64,000 bases of DNA from Azolla caroliniana (Eukaryota > Plantae > Polypodiophyta): contig JBHGNT010000014.1 in the NCBI GenBank assembly GCA_043228905.1, positions 19,220,001 to 19,284,000 of the forward strand, in the 5' to 3' direction. Shown piece by piece: positions 23,230-34,225 of the stretch. The position numbers and the translations under genes were made by a program. Numbering within the stretch: position 1 is the first letter of the stretch; each line of letters opens with the position of its first letter. Under the pieces are notes generated by a model. The model was not told the DNA's origin. It saw nothing but the letters and a program-made list of their open reading frames with translations, and searched no databases.

Positions 23230-25829
23230 CCATCGTGGGTCACAAGCCGTCTCGGACTCTTGTTCGGATGCGACCTTCATCGCGAAGGCATAATGATGGG
23301 CCATGTACTCGTTCTAACCGAGCCGAGCGATGGGGTTCTTCTCTGTAGATGAGCGTCGAAGTTTTTCGCTTGCCAATGTGAGTGCTTTCTTTACTCCGGG
23401 TGTCCGGATGATGGGTACACCAAACTCACCATCTAGTGAGCGAGCCGACACATTCGAACCATTGTCATTGGCGTGATCGACTTCGTATTCGGGCATCTTA
23501 CCTTTGCCTTTGTCCAAGTTCATACTTGGCCGCGACGTGCTTGGAATGCTTGAAGGCTCAAGTGGGCTTGGATTGTCCTTTGGTAGAGGGCTTCGTCGAA
23601 TATCGTCCTCTGAGTTGACATTCAACTCTTCCTCGGTCGAGTCGGGTGGAGCCAAATCAAGCTTATACCAAGATGTCGATTCTTCGAAGACTACGTCTCG
23701 ACTCACCTAAACCGCTCAGGTCGAAGGGTTATAGCACTTGTATGCCTTTTTCTCGGACGAGTATCTGACAATGATATATTTCTCTAACTTCGCGTCGTGC
23801 TTCTGTCGGTTTTCGTTTGGGATGCGTACATTCGCAATGCTTCCGAACACCTTGAGGTGCGATAGGATCAACTTCCTTCCAACAAGGAGCTTGTATGGAG
23901 TTACCTCATGTACTCCATTGGTGGTGCACTGGTTCATGAGATAGTTGGGTGTGGATGCCGCTTCGGCCCAATAGAAGTTTGGCATGTGCTTCTCATGCAT
24001 CATGGCGCGTGCTACCTCGAGTATTTGCAAATTCTTCCTTTCGGCGACTCCATTTTGTTGGGGTGTGTGTCGGCACGAGAATTCTCTCCGGATGCCTTCA
24101 CGTTGGAGGTAGGAGATGAATTCGTTGAAGAAGTACTCCTTTCCTCCATCTGATCGTAGACATCGAATGTGCCGACCGGTTTCTTTTTCGACTTGTCTCT
24201 TGAGTTTTCGAAAGTGGGAGAGCACTTCGCTCTTCTTCTTCATTGGGAAGATCCATGTGTAGCGTGAGTAGTCGTCGATGAAGGTGACGTAGTATCGACA
24301 TCCGCCGATCGTCGGCGCTTGAGTGGGTCCCCATACATCCGATACACGCTTCGCACACTCGGTTGACTCATTTCAACGCGAATGTCAGAAGTCCAATGAC
24401 GACTCCCTTTGATTGCATCGCTCGAAGTTGTTGGAGGTTTATGTGGTTGTTTCTTTTGTGCCACAACTTGATGTCAGTGTCAACTTTAAAGCCTTTGGCA
24501 TACATGGCCGACTTCACCTCTTCGAATTGAGGATGAACATTTGACCATCTCTCCGTCCTTTAGCTATGAGTCGGTCATCATTCTCGATGAAGCATCCTTC
24601 GTTGTTGAAACGAACTTGCATGCCTTGCTCCACGATCTGGCTGACCATGACCAACTTCTTCGTTATCGTGGGCACGTGCAAGTCATTCTTGATGCAATTG
24701 TTTTGGTCGTCGTTGTCGAATGGAACGTTGCCGATATGCTGAATGGGATGTGTGGTGTCGTCTCCCGTCTCTATGACGTTGGGTCGATTGGGTGTGCTCA
24801 AATCACTGAACCACTCTTCGTGGGATGTCATGTGATATGAGGTTCATGGGATGTCTTCCAAATTGGAGATGCTTGTGGAGTCGGAGGCCGACATAGAGTT
24901 CTCTCTATGTCTCATTACGAATAGTCCACCATAGTCGTCGTATTCGGAGTTGGTGGCGTAATTTGTAAGTTGTTGGCTTGTCGAAGCCGACTCACTTCTC
25001 TTTTTTTGACACTCCTCTTCGCGGTGGCCGATTTTGCCGCAATAGTTGCAAGCAATGGCCACGTTTGTCAGCCTTGTTCGGCATGGAAGCTCCCCCTTCT
25101 TCCGAAGGTTCCTCGATGGCTTCCATCTTCTTAGCGAAGATTTGAGTTCCCTTCATGTGATGGGTCGAATCGACCTCTTCTACTGCTTCGACCTCGTCCT
25201 CGGCCACCATCCGAATTCGAGAAGAACATTTGTCCTTCCGACGTCTTCGTCTTGGTTCCGACGTGGTTCTCTTCAACCAATCGCATTGATTGAAGGTCAA
25301 TGAATGAAGGAGGGTTTTCCCTCACAAAGATTGTTGTCCTCAACGAGTGGAATCGTTGTGCAAGACCACCCAAGCATACTTAAACCATCTCGTCTTCATC
25401 GATGTTTATGTTGATGGAGCCAAGCGAGTCGCAAATGCTCTTGATCTTGGCGGTGTAGTCCGACACAGACATATCTTTTTGCCAAATGTTGTTCAACTCT
25501 TGTCGGAGTTGAAGTTTTCGGGCAGTCGTGTTGGCGGCAAAATTTTTCTTTAAGTTCACCCACGCTTCTTTAGGCGTCTTGGTGTCTCGAATGTGCCTAA
25601 GCATGTGGTCGTGGACACATGTTGCCAAGCAATACATTACCCAACTCGCTCCTTGCTCCAACGTTAGGTAGTTGGCGTTTGTGATGTCGGGTTTGTTTTC
25701 GAGTGCGTCGTTGATCTAGCTCCAATACCCTTGGCCAACGAGGTATTGGTTCATCTTGTACTCCCAAAGTGAATAATTGCTCCGGTTTAGCTTTTCATTA
25801 GGGAGCGAGCTACCCATTTGTGTGTTCAT
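23230..25829 (-). pseudogene. Copia gag-protease-integrase remnant
   Basis: Gag (TPKEAWVNLKKNF), CNYCGKIGHREEEC zinc knuckle, LHVPTITKKLV protease region, integrase IRCLRSDGGKEY / TPQQNGVAERKN; stops and frameshifts; ends at DPRWVEA just before RT. Confidence 0.9.
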
Positions 25830-25945
25830 GTTACTTAGTGTCTTCTCTTCTTTTTATTCTTTGGCTTTTCTTCCTTCGATCACGTACACGTGTTACGTAG
25901 CGGTCTTACGGTAGCCGATAGCCGGATTTTGTTGTTGGTGTCTCA

Positions 25946-26392
25946 ACGCGGGGATCCTACTCACGCACACAGATAGAACTTACTCGACTCCAAGAAACAA
26001 ACAAAGGGGGAGAGCCTCTGCTGGAAGCGCAAGGGCTCTCCACGAAGCAGAGGCAGCGAACTCCCGACCCACGGAGACTGATGACCAGAGGAGAAGAGAG
26101 AGCTCGGCACTCAGATCTGCAGCAGCACTTCGTCCTCCCCAACGCGTGATATCTTTCTCCCCTCTCTCTTCTCCTATTTATAGTTCCCATCCCTAGTCAA
26201 ATCGTTTTATTCCCTGTCCCTCCTGACAGAGATACGCACAATCCCCTAATAAATGTGTACTACTTAGTATTTACATCAACCGATCCATTTATGAATCGTG
26301 TACAAAATATCAAGTCACGCGTCCATCCGTGTGAGAGCCGGTTCATGTGCCTTTTTCTCTAATTCTGCCTATGGCCGGTTTTCTTCACGACA
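25946..26392 (-). repeat. Gypsy 3' LTR (truncated)
   Basis: 447-bp match to 32294-32740 with about 20 substitutions by manual count. Confidence 0.92.
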
Positions 26393-26461
26393 TCCACCCC
26401 CACCAAACCGCGCATCCACCGGCATGCGCCAGAGACGGGTAGATACCGAAGAATACCGGCC

Positions 26462-29400
26462 TCACTCGTTGCTCTTCGATTTTCCGTCCGGCCCGAACTG
26501 ATCGTCGTTGTCGGTACCGCTTGCAGGCTCTGACTCGTCTTCGAACCGCTTCTTGAACGCTTTGATCCGCTTCCCGGCCACCGGCACCGCTAACCGTGTC
26601 CCGTCGAGTTCCACGACGTGGTACGTGCCGTTGTCATTCGCGCTCGTCATCGTGTAGGGCCCGAATCACCTCCTAGGAAACTTTCGCACCGCCTTCTGCT
26701 GATTGTCGAGGCTGATGTCGTATACCAAGACCCAGTCGCCTTCCTCGATCTTCTTTGGTTGAACCGGGTCTTGTTCCGCTCCCTTGCCGCCCGCAGCTTT
26801 TCCTTCGCCTGTTTCACGTCCTCCGCTCGAGTTGTCGAATCCGCGCCGCCAGCAACTCCTCCCGGCTCATTTCGTCCTTCCAATCTACCGCCGACCATGA
26901 AGAAACCATCCATTCCACCGACATGATCGGCTTCTGTCCGTACATTAGCTCTACCGGCATAAACCCTGTCACCGAACTGTGCGTAGTTTGGTCCGCCCAT
27001 AGTGCGTAAGGAAGGAGCCGCGGCCAATTCCCGACCTGCCCTTCGCATGCACGCACCAACGCCTTTACGATAGGCCCGTGCCCACGTTCTACCTTTCCAT
27101 TCGCCTCCGGATTGTACGCCGTAGTGAGGGAGAGTTTGACGCCCAACCGGTCGAACAACTCCTCAGCTTCCCGTACATCCAGCTCTCCCCGGTCCGCCAC
27201 GATCTTCCCGACGCATCTATACCGACACACTACCTCTTCGATCAGGAACCGACATACCGTCGCGGTTGTCTTGTTCTGAAGTGCACGGCCTTCCACCTGG
27301 TTTGTTAAGTCTTCTCGTGCAAGCACCAGGTATTCACATCTGTCCTACTCCCATCGGCATCGTCACCAAGTCCACCATCCACTTGAAATGGACCGTAGGC
27401 GGGTAGGTCGGGTGTAGCTCGTCCCGGTGTCGGACTGTGGAGTGCATCTGACAGCTCTCGCAAGTCATTACGAACCGATGTACTTCTCCTTCAGCTTCTC
27501 GAATGTGGCCTACGTTCCGTGGTGTCCGGCCCAGGGGCTCTCGTGAAATGTCGCCAATAGTTTCCCCTATTCTTCTTTCTTTGCCACTACTCGGAGTGGG
27601 ATGTCGCTTCTCTTCTTTGGGTGCCTCCATATCACCCGTCCCGTAGGAAGAATCGGTACGCCTTCTTTCGTACCCGGCTCGCCTCCTCTCTCGCCCATGC
27701 TGCGTCCGGCGTCATCGTTCGTAGGAACCTCCCAATTTGGAGCCACTCCTCGTCGTACCTGCTTTCGTCAAATTCGTTAAGCGCCAGAGTATCCCTTTTC
27801 CTCGTCGTTACGTTAGCCGACCTGAAGAAGTCCTCGCCGACTTCTTCGTCATCCGAAACCATGCCATCTTCGTCGTTGAACCTTGCCCTCGAAAGCATGT
27901 CGGCCATGGCGTTGTCCTTTCCGGAGATGTGTTGTATCTCCGGGTTCATGGACTTAATGTACGCTATCCACCGGAGCATTGCTAGGTCCGACGTCGCGCA
28001 TCCGGAAACCATGTCGAGTATCGGCAGGCCGTCTGTCTCGATGATCACCTCCGTCCCGATCAGATAGTCCTTGTCGGCCTTGACTGCCGAAACGATACCC
28101 CAAAGCTCGCGCTTAACTTGGGCGTATCCTCGCTGCCGCTCGCTCAATGCCTTTGCCCCGAACCAGATCGGGAATCGAACGCCGCCCTTGTCCTCTTGAC
28201 TGATTACCCACCCGATCCCGGTCGGGCTGGTGTCCACCGTCACGCAAATGGGGACATCCTTGCCGTAAACCGCTTTACAGAGAGCCGGCGCTACCGTAAG
28301 CGCCTCCTTTAGTCTCCGTACCAACTCCGTGTGCTCCGTCCTCCACTCAAAACTACGCCCCTTTTTCAATAGTCCGTAGAGGGGTTCCGCGACATGTGCG
28401 TAGTGCGGGATCCAGATATGGTAGAACGCGCATGCTCCCAAGAATTTGCGGACCTCCGTGACCGTATTGCAGTCATGCTTCATCGTGGAGATGGCCTCCA
28501 CCTTGGCTGGAGACAGTTTCCGACCGTATGGTCCGCATAGGTGCCCGATGACCATGATTTCTGATTGCCCGAAGGCCGATTTTTCCCCGGAGAAGGTGAG
28601 TCGCGCGCCTTCTAGTCTCTGCAGCACCTTCTCGCAGTCATCGATGTGAGTCGCCACGAAATTCCGACATCCGTCCGGTCCAATTGCCTCGTCCTTTTTC
28701 TCCACCGGGCATCCCCTGATCGGGATGTCGTCTAAGAATGGCATGGTGATGTCCGGGATACAATCCTTGAGCACTTTGTTCATCGCGTTCACCATGTGAG
28801 CCACTGAGTTCATCCCTCCTTGTGGTAGGGTACACATCCGCACTAGGCCGAGAGGGGTCCGCATCGTCGTAAAGTCTCTACTCTCCACGGCTAGTTGGAA
28901 CTGATCGTACCCTGAGTACAGATCACCGACAGAGTAAATCGACCTTCCGGCGAAGGCCTCCGCGAACTCATCTATGGTTGGTCTGATTCCTGCGTTACGG
29001 ATGGTCACCTTGTTGACCGGTTGCAGGTCCTGAATGAAGCGCAGCGTTCCGTTCTTCTTCGGCACCGTAAACCACCGATTTGAATACGGGGCACTCGATG
29101 GTTCGAGGATGCCCATCTCCACCTTTTGCTTCAGAAGCTCCATCAACTTTGGGATGTGAGCTCTCGGCACTGGAATCGGTTTGAGATTCCACGGTACATG
29201 AGGTACCGTGAAGATCACCATCGGTTCGACGACGGTCGGGTCCACGCACCCGATCTCCTCCGGCGAGAACGCGAAGGCTTTCCCATGCCTTCCGAGCATT
29301 CTCCGAAACCTGTTCTCCTCCGCCGGCAGTAGGAAGCCACCCCCACCAACCTTGAGCTCCCGTAGCGTTATGTCGGTGAACCGGTGCCCTATGCCAGTCG

Positions 29401-29902
29401 GATTTCGTAAACTCGGGTCCGACGCGACCCCTTTTATCCGCTCCTCGTTGCCCTCCAGCAAGGGTGCCGCGACTGGCCTCACCTTCCAGTTCACAGTCTT
29501 ATACCTTGTATCCACACGGGTCGTCCGTTCCGACCTGATCTTTTCCCCGAAGTCCGCGATGACTTTGTACATTCCCATCGAACCAACCGGAACAGTCCGG
29601 TCTTCTCTAAGGTCTTCACCGATCACCTTCCGCAACTCACCCAAGGTGTCGTCAAAAGAGACCGCCTCCACGGCGCCGCTGATTTCTTCGTCGGGGGAGA
29701 GGACTCCGCATCCCTTGAGCCGCTCCTCCGCTCGTTTCCTCTCCCGGCCGTTGACGCCGGCCATAGTACAACCTCCGTTGTCGGAGAACCAAAATTTCCT
29801 ACCTATGGTACAAGTCTTCTTCTCTACTGTACATTTGTGGGGTTTTTCTGGGGTGTCCGAACTATCACAGCCCCACGCCTTGATAGCCCTCTCTAAAAAT
29901 CC
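26462..29902 (-). pseudogene. Gypsy pol (RT-RNase H-integrase)
   Basis: LRFIQDLQPVN, DLYSGYDQ, LPQG, PFLDDI, VDTSPTGIG, HISGKDNAMADMLSR, TCESCQ, TAYNPEANGKVER; frameshifts and deletions in the integrase. Confidence 0.92.
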
Positions 29903-32053
29903 CCTCGGGTTTCGCCGTCGAGGGCCTCGCGGTTATGCTCATGGTTTGGTCGCACCATCAGGAACTGGACCGAGTGACGCCCGTCTTGGCTCTTGACTCT
30001 TGCATAGGCCGAACTGTTGTCTAGCACCTTGGTCTCCATCCGTGCCACCGTGATGTATGGCTCTCCTAGTATAACTGGATGCGAGGACGTCTCCTGCACG
30101 AAGAACTGCTGGTCGATCTCGACATCGCCGATTTTCACCCGTACGTTCGGACAGGCCCCATGTATCTTCCGTGGCACGCGTCGCTGCCCGTATCTTCCAG
30201 TCGTGCTTGGTGTTGATCGGCCATTTACCCCACTTGTAGAAATCCATGGACATCAGGTTGATCTCGGATCCATGGTCTACCAACGCCACCACCGGTTCCA
30301 GAACGTTGTCGATCCGTACGGGGGTTTCCATAGTTGCCCTGGCCCAATGCGGCTTCGTGTAGTGGGTTCCCGCCAACTCGTCTTCTAGGGTTGCGTCTTC
30401 CAAGTGTGTGGTCCGCACCTCCACCGGCTTCTCCAGTTACGGCTCCATCGAGAGCCTCTTCCGCTTCACCAAGTCTACGATAGAGTCGTGGAACTCCCTC
30501 TTGGCGATTCCCAACACCTCCCGCAACGACAGCTCCACTTTACTGTCGAGGATACGTTCCTCCAGGACCTTTCGCAGGTCTGTGGTCCTTTCGATTTCAG
30601 TGCTCAACCGAAACCCCGCCTGCTTCTTCCCGTCTCACGCCTCTGGGTTGCCGGCACCGGTCGGTTTCGGTCTGAACCGGGTCTCATACCTCTGCGGGGG
30701 ACCGACCCCTCTGGCCTTTCCTGCTCGTTTGTCCTCCACCAGAACCCTGTAGTTCTGGCAAGCGGCTTCTACGAAGCCCGTTTTCTCTTCGACCGGATTG
30801 TCCCAACCGGTGACCTCCTAGACCCGTTTTTCTGCGTGGTCCGCCTCTTCCTTCTTCAGCCGAACTCCGGAGAGGCCTTCTAGCACTAGCAGCCAGAATC
30901 CGGAGTCCTTCGCCTTCCGGGTCTCATCACCCCCGACCCGAATTCCCACCGACACTGAGTAGTTAACGGCTTCGACGTGCCGTGCCGCGGCCTCTTCCAT
31001 CAACCTCTTCATTCCGCCGCGCCCCGTATTTAGTTCTAGGGCTCTCCGGGTCTCGCTCGCGTGCACCCGCCCATTCCAGAGGTACACCACGTTGGTCCTG
31101 AGCGCGTCGGCGAAATCCGCGCAATCCTTCCGAATGTGATCGATCGCGTCACACCACATGCACTACTGCCCAGCCGGCGGCCTCCGGTCGCGAGGTTGTT
31201 CGCCGCTATCTCTCCGGGCTTGTTCGATCTGCAAGTCGCGCACCATCTGTGTCAGCTCCTCCAGAGCCGCTCCTCCGGATGGGCCTCTAACCACATCGTT
31301 CGATGCCGACCCCGACTCTGGCCAGATTCGGGTCTCTTCCTTCCTACCGGCCGGCACCGATACCGGCTCCTCGAGCCTCCTCCCCGGGACCGGCCCCGAC
31401 CCCGACGAGCTTCCGTCGCTCCAATCGCGTCGTTTGTCGAAACGGCTGCAGACCCGTTTTACCACAGCCTAGTCTGTCGTGAGCCCTTCGTCCATTTCCA
31501 ATAGGGGACCCACCTTTTCCCTGTTGAGCGCGTCCACCGACTTGACAAACAGTAGTACTCGACTTGTTTCGAGCACCGTCCGGTCCAGCATCGATAGCCG
31601 CGCGAACCGTTTTTCGAACTCCTGGAGGAGCACCGACTTGTTCCTCCCCTTTCCGGGACTTTCCACCCACGCCATGAAGTCCCGCCTCGACAGCCGAAGC
31701 GAGTCGTCAAACCCGTACTTCTTGAGGAGCTGCAGCTCGAACTCCTCCCAAGACTGGCATCCGGCCAACACCTCGAGCACTTCCGCGTGGATGCTCGGCG
31801 TCACCACCCGAGGGAATTCGGACAGCCACCTGTCCACCGGGATATCCCTCATGATCATTTCGGCCCGGTAAGCCTCCAAATAACTTGTGGCGTCTTTCCC
31901 TCCGAGCCGGCCTATAGAGCCGACGATCGATTCAATGGCTCTGTCGAGGGTACTCGTCCCCTCACGAGCGCTCACCAGTCGGTCGACGGCTACCGCCATT
32001 GCCTCTGCTAGCTCTGATCCCCTCATCTTTCGACTCCTTTCCTGCCCTTTCAC
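29893..32053 (-). pseudogene. Gypsy gag-protease
   Basis: Gag-like ORFs, C-MWCDAIDHIRKDC knuckle, aspartic protease ALVDHGSEINLM; internal stops and frameshift. Confidence 0.85.
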
Positions 32054-32066
32054 GTCGGGTTCACCA
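32049..32066 (-). promoter_or_regulatory. Primer-binding site complementary to the 3' end of tRNA-Trp
   Basis: Plus-strand TTCACGTCGGGTTCACCA matches, from recall, the 3' 18 nt of plant cytosolic tRNA-Trp(CCA). Confidence 0.8.
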
Positions 32067-32070
32067 AATA

Positions 32071-32131
32071 TGTCACGTTGTTACGTGCGTGCGTGTAGAA
32101 GGGGCGGGACCACTGGGGTCTTGAACCGAGG

Positions 32132-32172
<41 letters not shown>

Positions 32173-32740
32173 CAGACACGCGGAAGCGAGAAGGAGAGAT
32201 ATAGAACGTAACACTTGATTACAATAACAAGAGATTACAATAACAAGAGAATACACTCTAACGGTTACAACCGACAAGGCGGCGATGGACCCGACACGGG
32301 GATCCTACTCATGCACACAGATAGAACTCACTCGACTCCAAGAAACAAACAAAGGGGGAGAGCCTCTGCTGGAAGCGCACGGGCTCTCCATGAAGCAGAG
32401 GCAGCGAACTCCCGACCCACAGAGACCAACGACCGGAGGAGAAGAGAGAGCTCGGCACTCAGATCTGCAGCAGCACTTTGTCCTCCCCAATGCGCAATAT
32501 CTTTCTCCCCTCTCTCTTCTCCTATTTATAGTTCCCATCCCTAGTCAAATCGCTTTATTCCGTGTCCCTCCTGACAGAGATACGCACAATCCCCTAATAA
32601 ATGTGTACTACTTAGTATTTACATCAACCGATCCATTTATGAATCGTGTACAAAATATCAAATCACGCGTCCATCCGTGTGAGAGCCGGTTCATGCGCCT
32701 TTTTCTCTGATTCCGCCTATGGCCGGTTTTCTTCACGACA
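32071..32740 (-). repeat. Gypsy 5' LTR with (GA)n microsatellite
   Basis: TG..CA ends, adjacent to the PBS; TATAAATA on the minus strand near 32523-32530. Confidence 0.88.
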
Positions 32741-32791
32741 ACAGAGTCGGGCGAGCTTAGTGGATTTTCTAAACCACACGCTCTCATACCA

Positions 32792-33229
32792 TGTTAAGAA
32801 TTAGGGAATTAAGAAAGGGTTAATTAGTACCTAATTATGTGATTAAGTTAGCAAAAGATTAAGTGATATGTGTGTGTATGTGTGTGAGAGGAAGAGAGAG
32901 AGAGAGGAAGTTAATACTTATGAGCAACGCGACAAGATGGGGAATGATTAAGTATATTAAAAAGCATCATCGCATACAAAAATACCCACAATGAGGTATA
33001 TATACATCTCATGTGCAAAGGTGCACATGTGTGAGTAGCATATAGGTACAACCGTAGAAGTCCTATATTAAATGAACATGGAAGTGGAGGATCTACAATG
33101 TATCCCACTCAAGTTCAAAATCTTATTTAAGGCTTTAAGTTCAACACACTAACTAGATTCTATCTAGGTAACTACTAAGTTACATGTGTTGACTAACTAA
33201 CTAACTAAGTTGAGCTTGATATCTCAACA
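32792..33229 (-). repeat. Copia 5' LTR
   Basis: TGTTAAG...CTCAACA, adjacent to the PBS. Confidence 0.95.
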
Positions 33230-33297
33230 TTATGCATTTGAGAACACATGCAATCATGGAGATATCAAGTGTTGGGTCCTCAAGAAATACCTTTTCG

Positions 33298-34225
33298 GCA
33301 GATAAGACATATTTTATGAACAGATAAAGAAACACAAGAGGACATAATGAAATACTCTTAGATTGTACAGATTGTATGGACAAATGTGGGCATCGTTCCA
33401 CATGGGTGGCCATAGTTGGCTCCCTTCGCATGTCTTCTGCCAACAAAGGTCTCCTGAGGGCAGGTTTTGGCAGTAATATGCGAGAAGTTGATGTGGACTT
33501 GATGAAGCAAAATGATTTTGGTGGTATTCCGCGAGATGGATGATGTGGACTTAATGACGCAAAATTTATGTTTTGGATAAGGCTGAGTGATGATGGTGTG
33601 GAGGTCGAAGCACATTCGTATGAGGAGATGAGGAATTTAGACACATTTTATTGTTTATGGGTAGGAATTTGGTGGTATTCTGCGAGATGATTGATGAGGA
33701 CTTAACGAAGCAGTTTTTATGTTTTTTGATAAGGACGAGTGATGATGGTGTGGGGACCGAAGAATAAGCTCATGATGAGAGGAGGAAACTTGACTTAATT
33801 TGTTGTTGTATGTACAAGAATTTGGTGGTAATCCGGCAAGATGGTTGATGGGGAAAGAGGAAACATAGTTGTTGACTTTACCACCACGAATGTGGAAAGT
33901 GGTTCTCTTGAAAAACCAAAGAATGTAGTTGATCGCCTTCAAAGCCAAGATGTACAAGTTGAAGAAGTATTGAATGGCTCATAACTATGACCTGAGAGAG
34001 TTTGTTTCCGATTAGAGTTACTTTCGTTGTTGCCCATGGATATGGATACCTTGCAATGTGTCTAGGGAATAGATTGTAATTGTTGGACTGTTTTCTCTAT
34101 GTTGGAGTACATAGATTTGTTTCCTCAACCATTGTCTACACACGAATAGCTTGGGAAAAAATACTTTGTACCGTTATGACCTTTCTTTATAACTAATGGA
34201 AGGATAATTTGTTTTGAAAAAATAA
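33298..34225 (+). mobile_element. ~930-bp unclassified insertion into the LINE with A-rich 3' end and internal ~150-bp repeats
   Basis: Splits LINE codons KKYLF|DTLV; flanks AAATACCTTTTCG (33285-33297) and AAAAACATTTTCG (34226-34238) resemble a decayed 13-bp TSD. Confidence 0.6.

Larger units (their letters stand above)
25946..32740 (-). mobile_element. GC-rich Ty3/Gypsy LTR retrotransposon nested in the Copia leader; 3' LTR truncated
   Basis: LTR homology 25946-26392 vs 32294-32740; full 5' LTR ~32071-32740; PBS 32049-32066; PPT GGTGGGGGTGGA at 26393-26404; domain order gag-PR-RT-RH-IN. Confidence 0.95.
22623..33229 (-). mobile_element. Ty1/Copia LTR retrotransposon, non-autonomous (RT/RNase H deleted), containing a nested Gypsy
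   Basis: TG..CA LTRs 22623-23061 and 32792-33229; 5-bp TSD TTATG (22618-22622 / 33230-33234); PBS TGGTATGAGAGC (iMet-type) at 32780-32791; PPT next to 23062. Confidence 0.95.

Noticed and set aside
26298-32710. Numerous plus-strand ORFs up to 262 aa in the Gypsy
   Set aside because: Expected antisense open frames in GC-rich coding DNA; no recognisable motifs.
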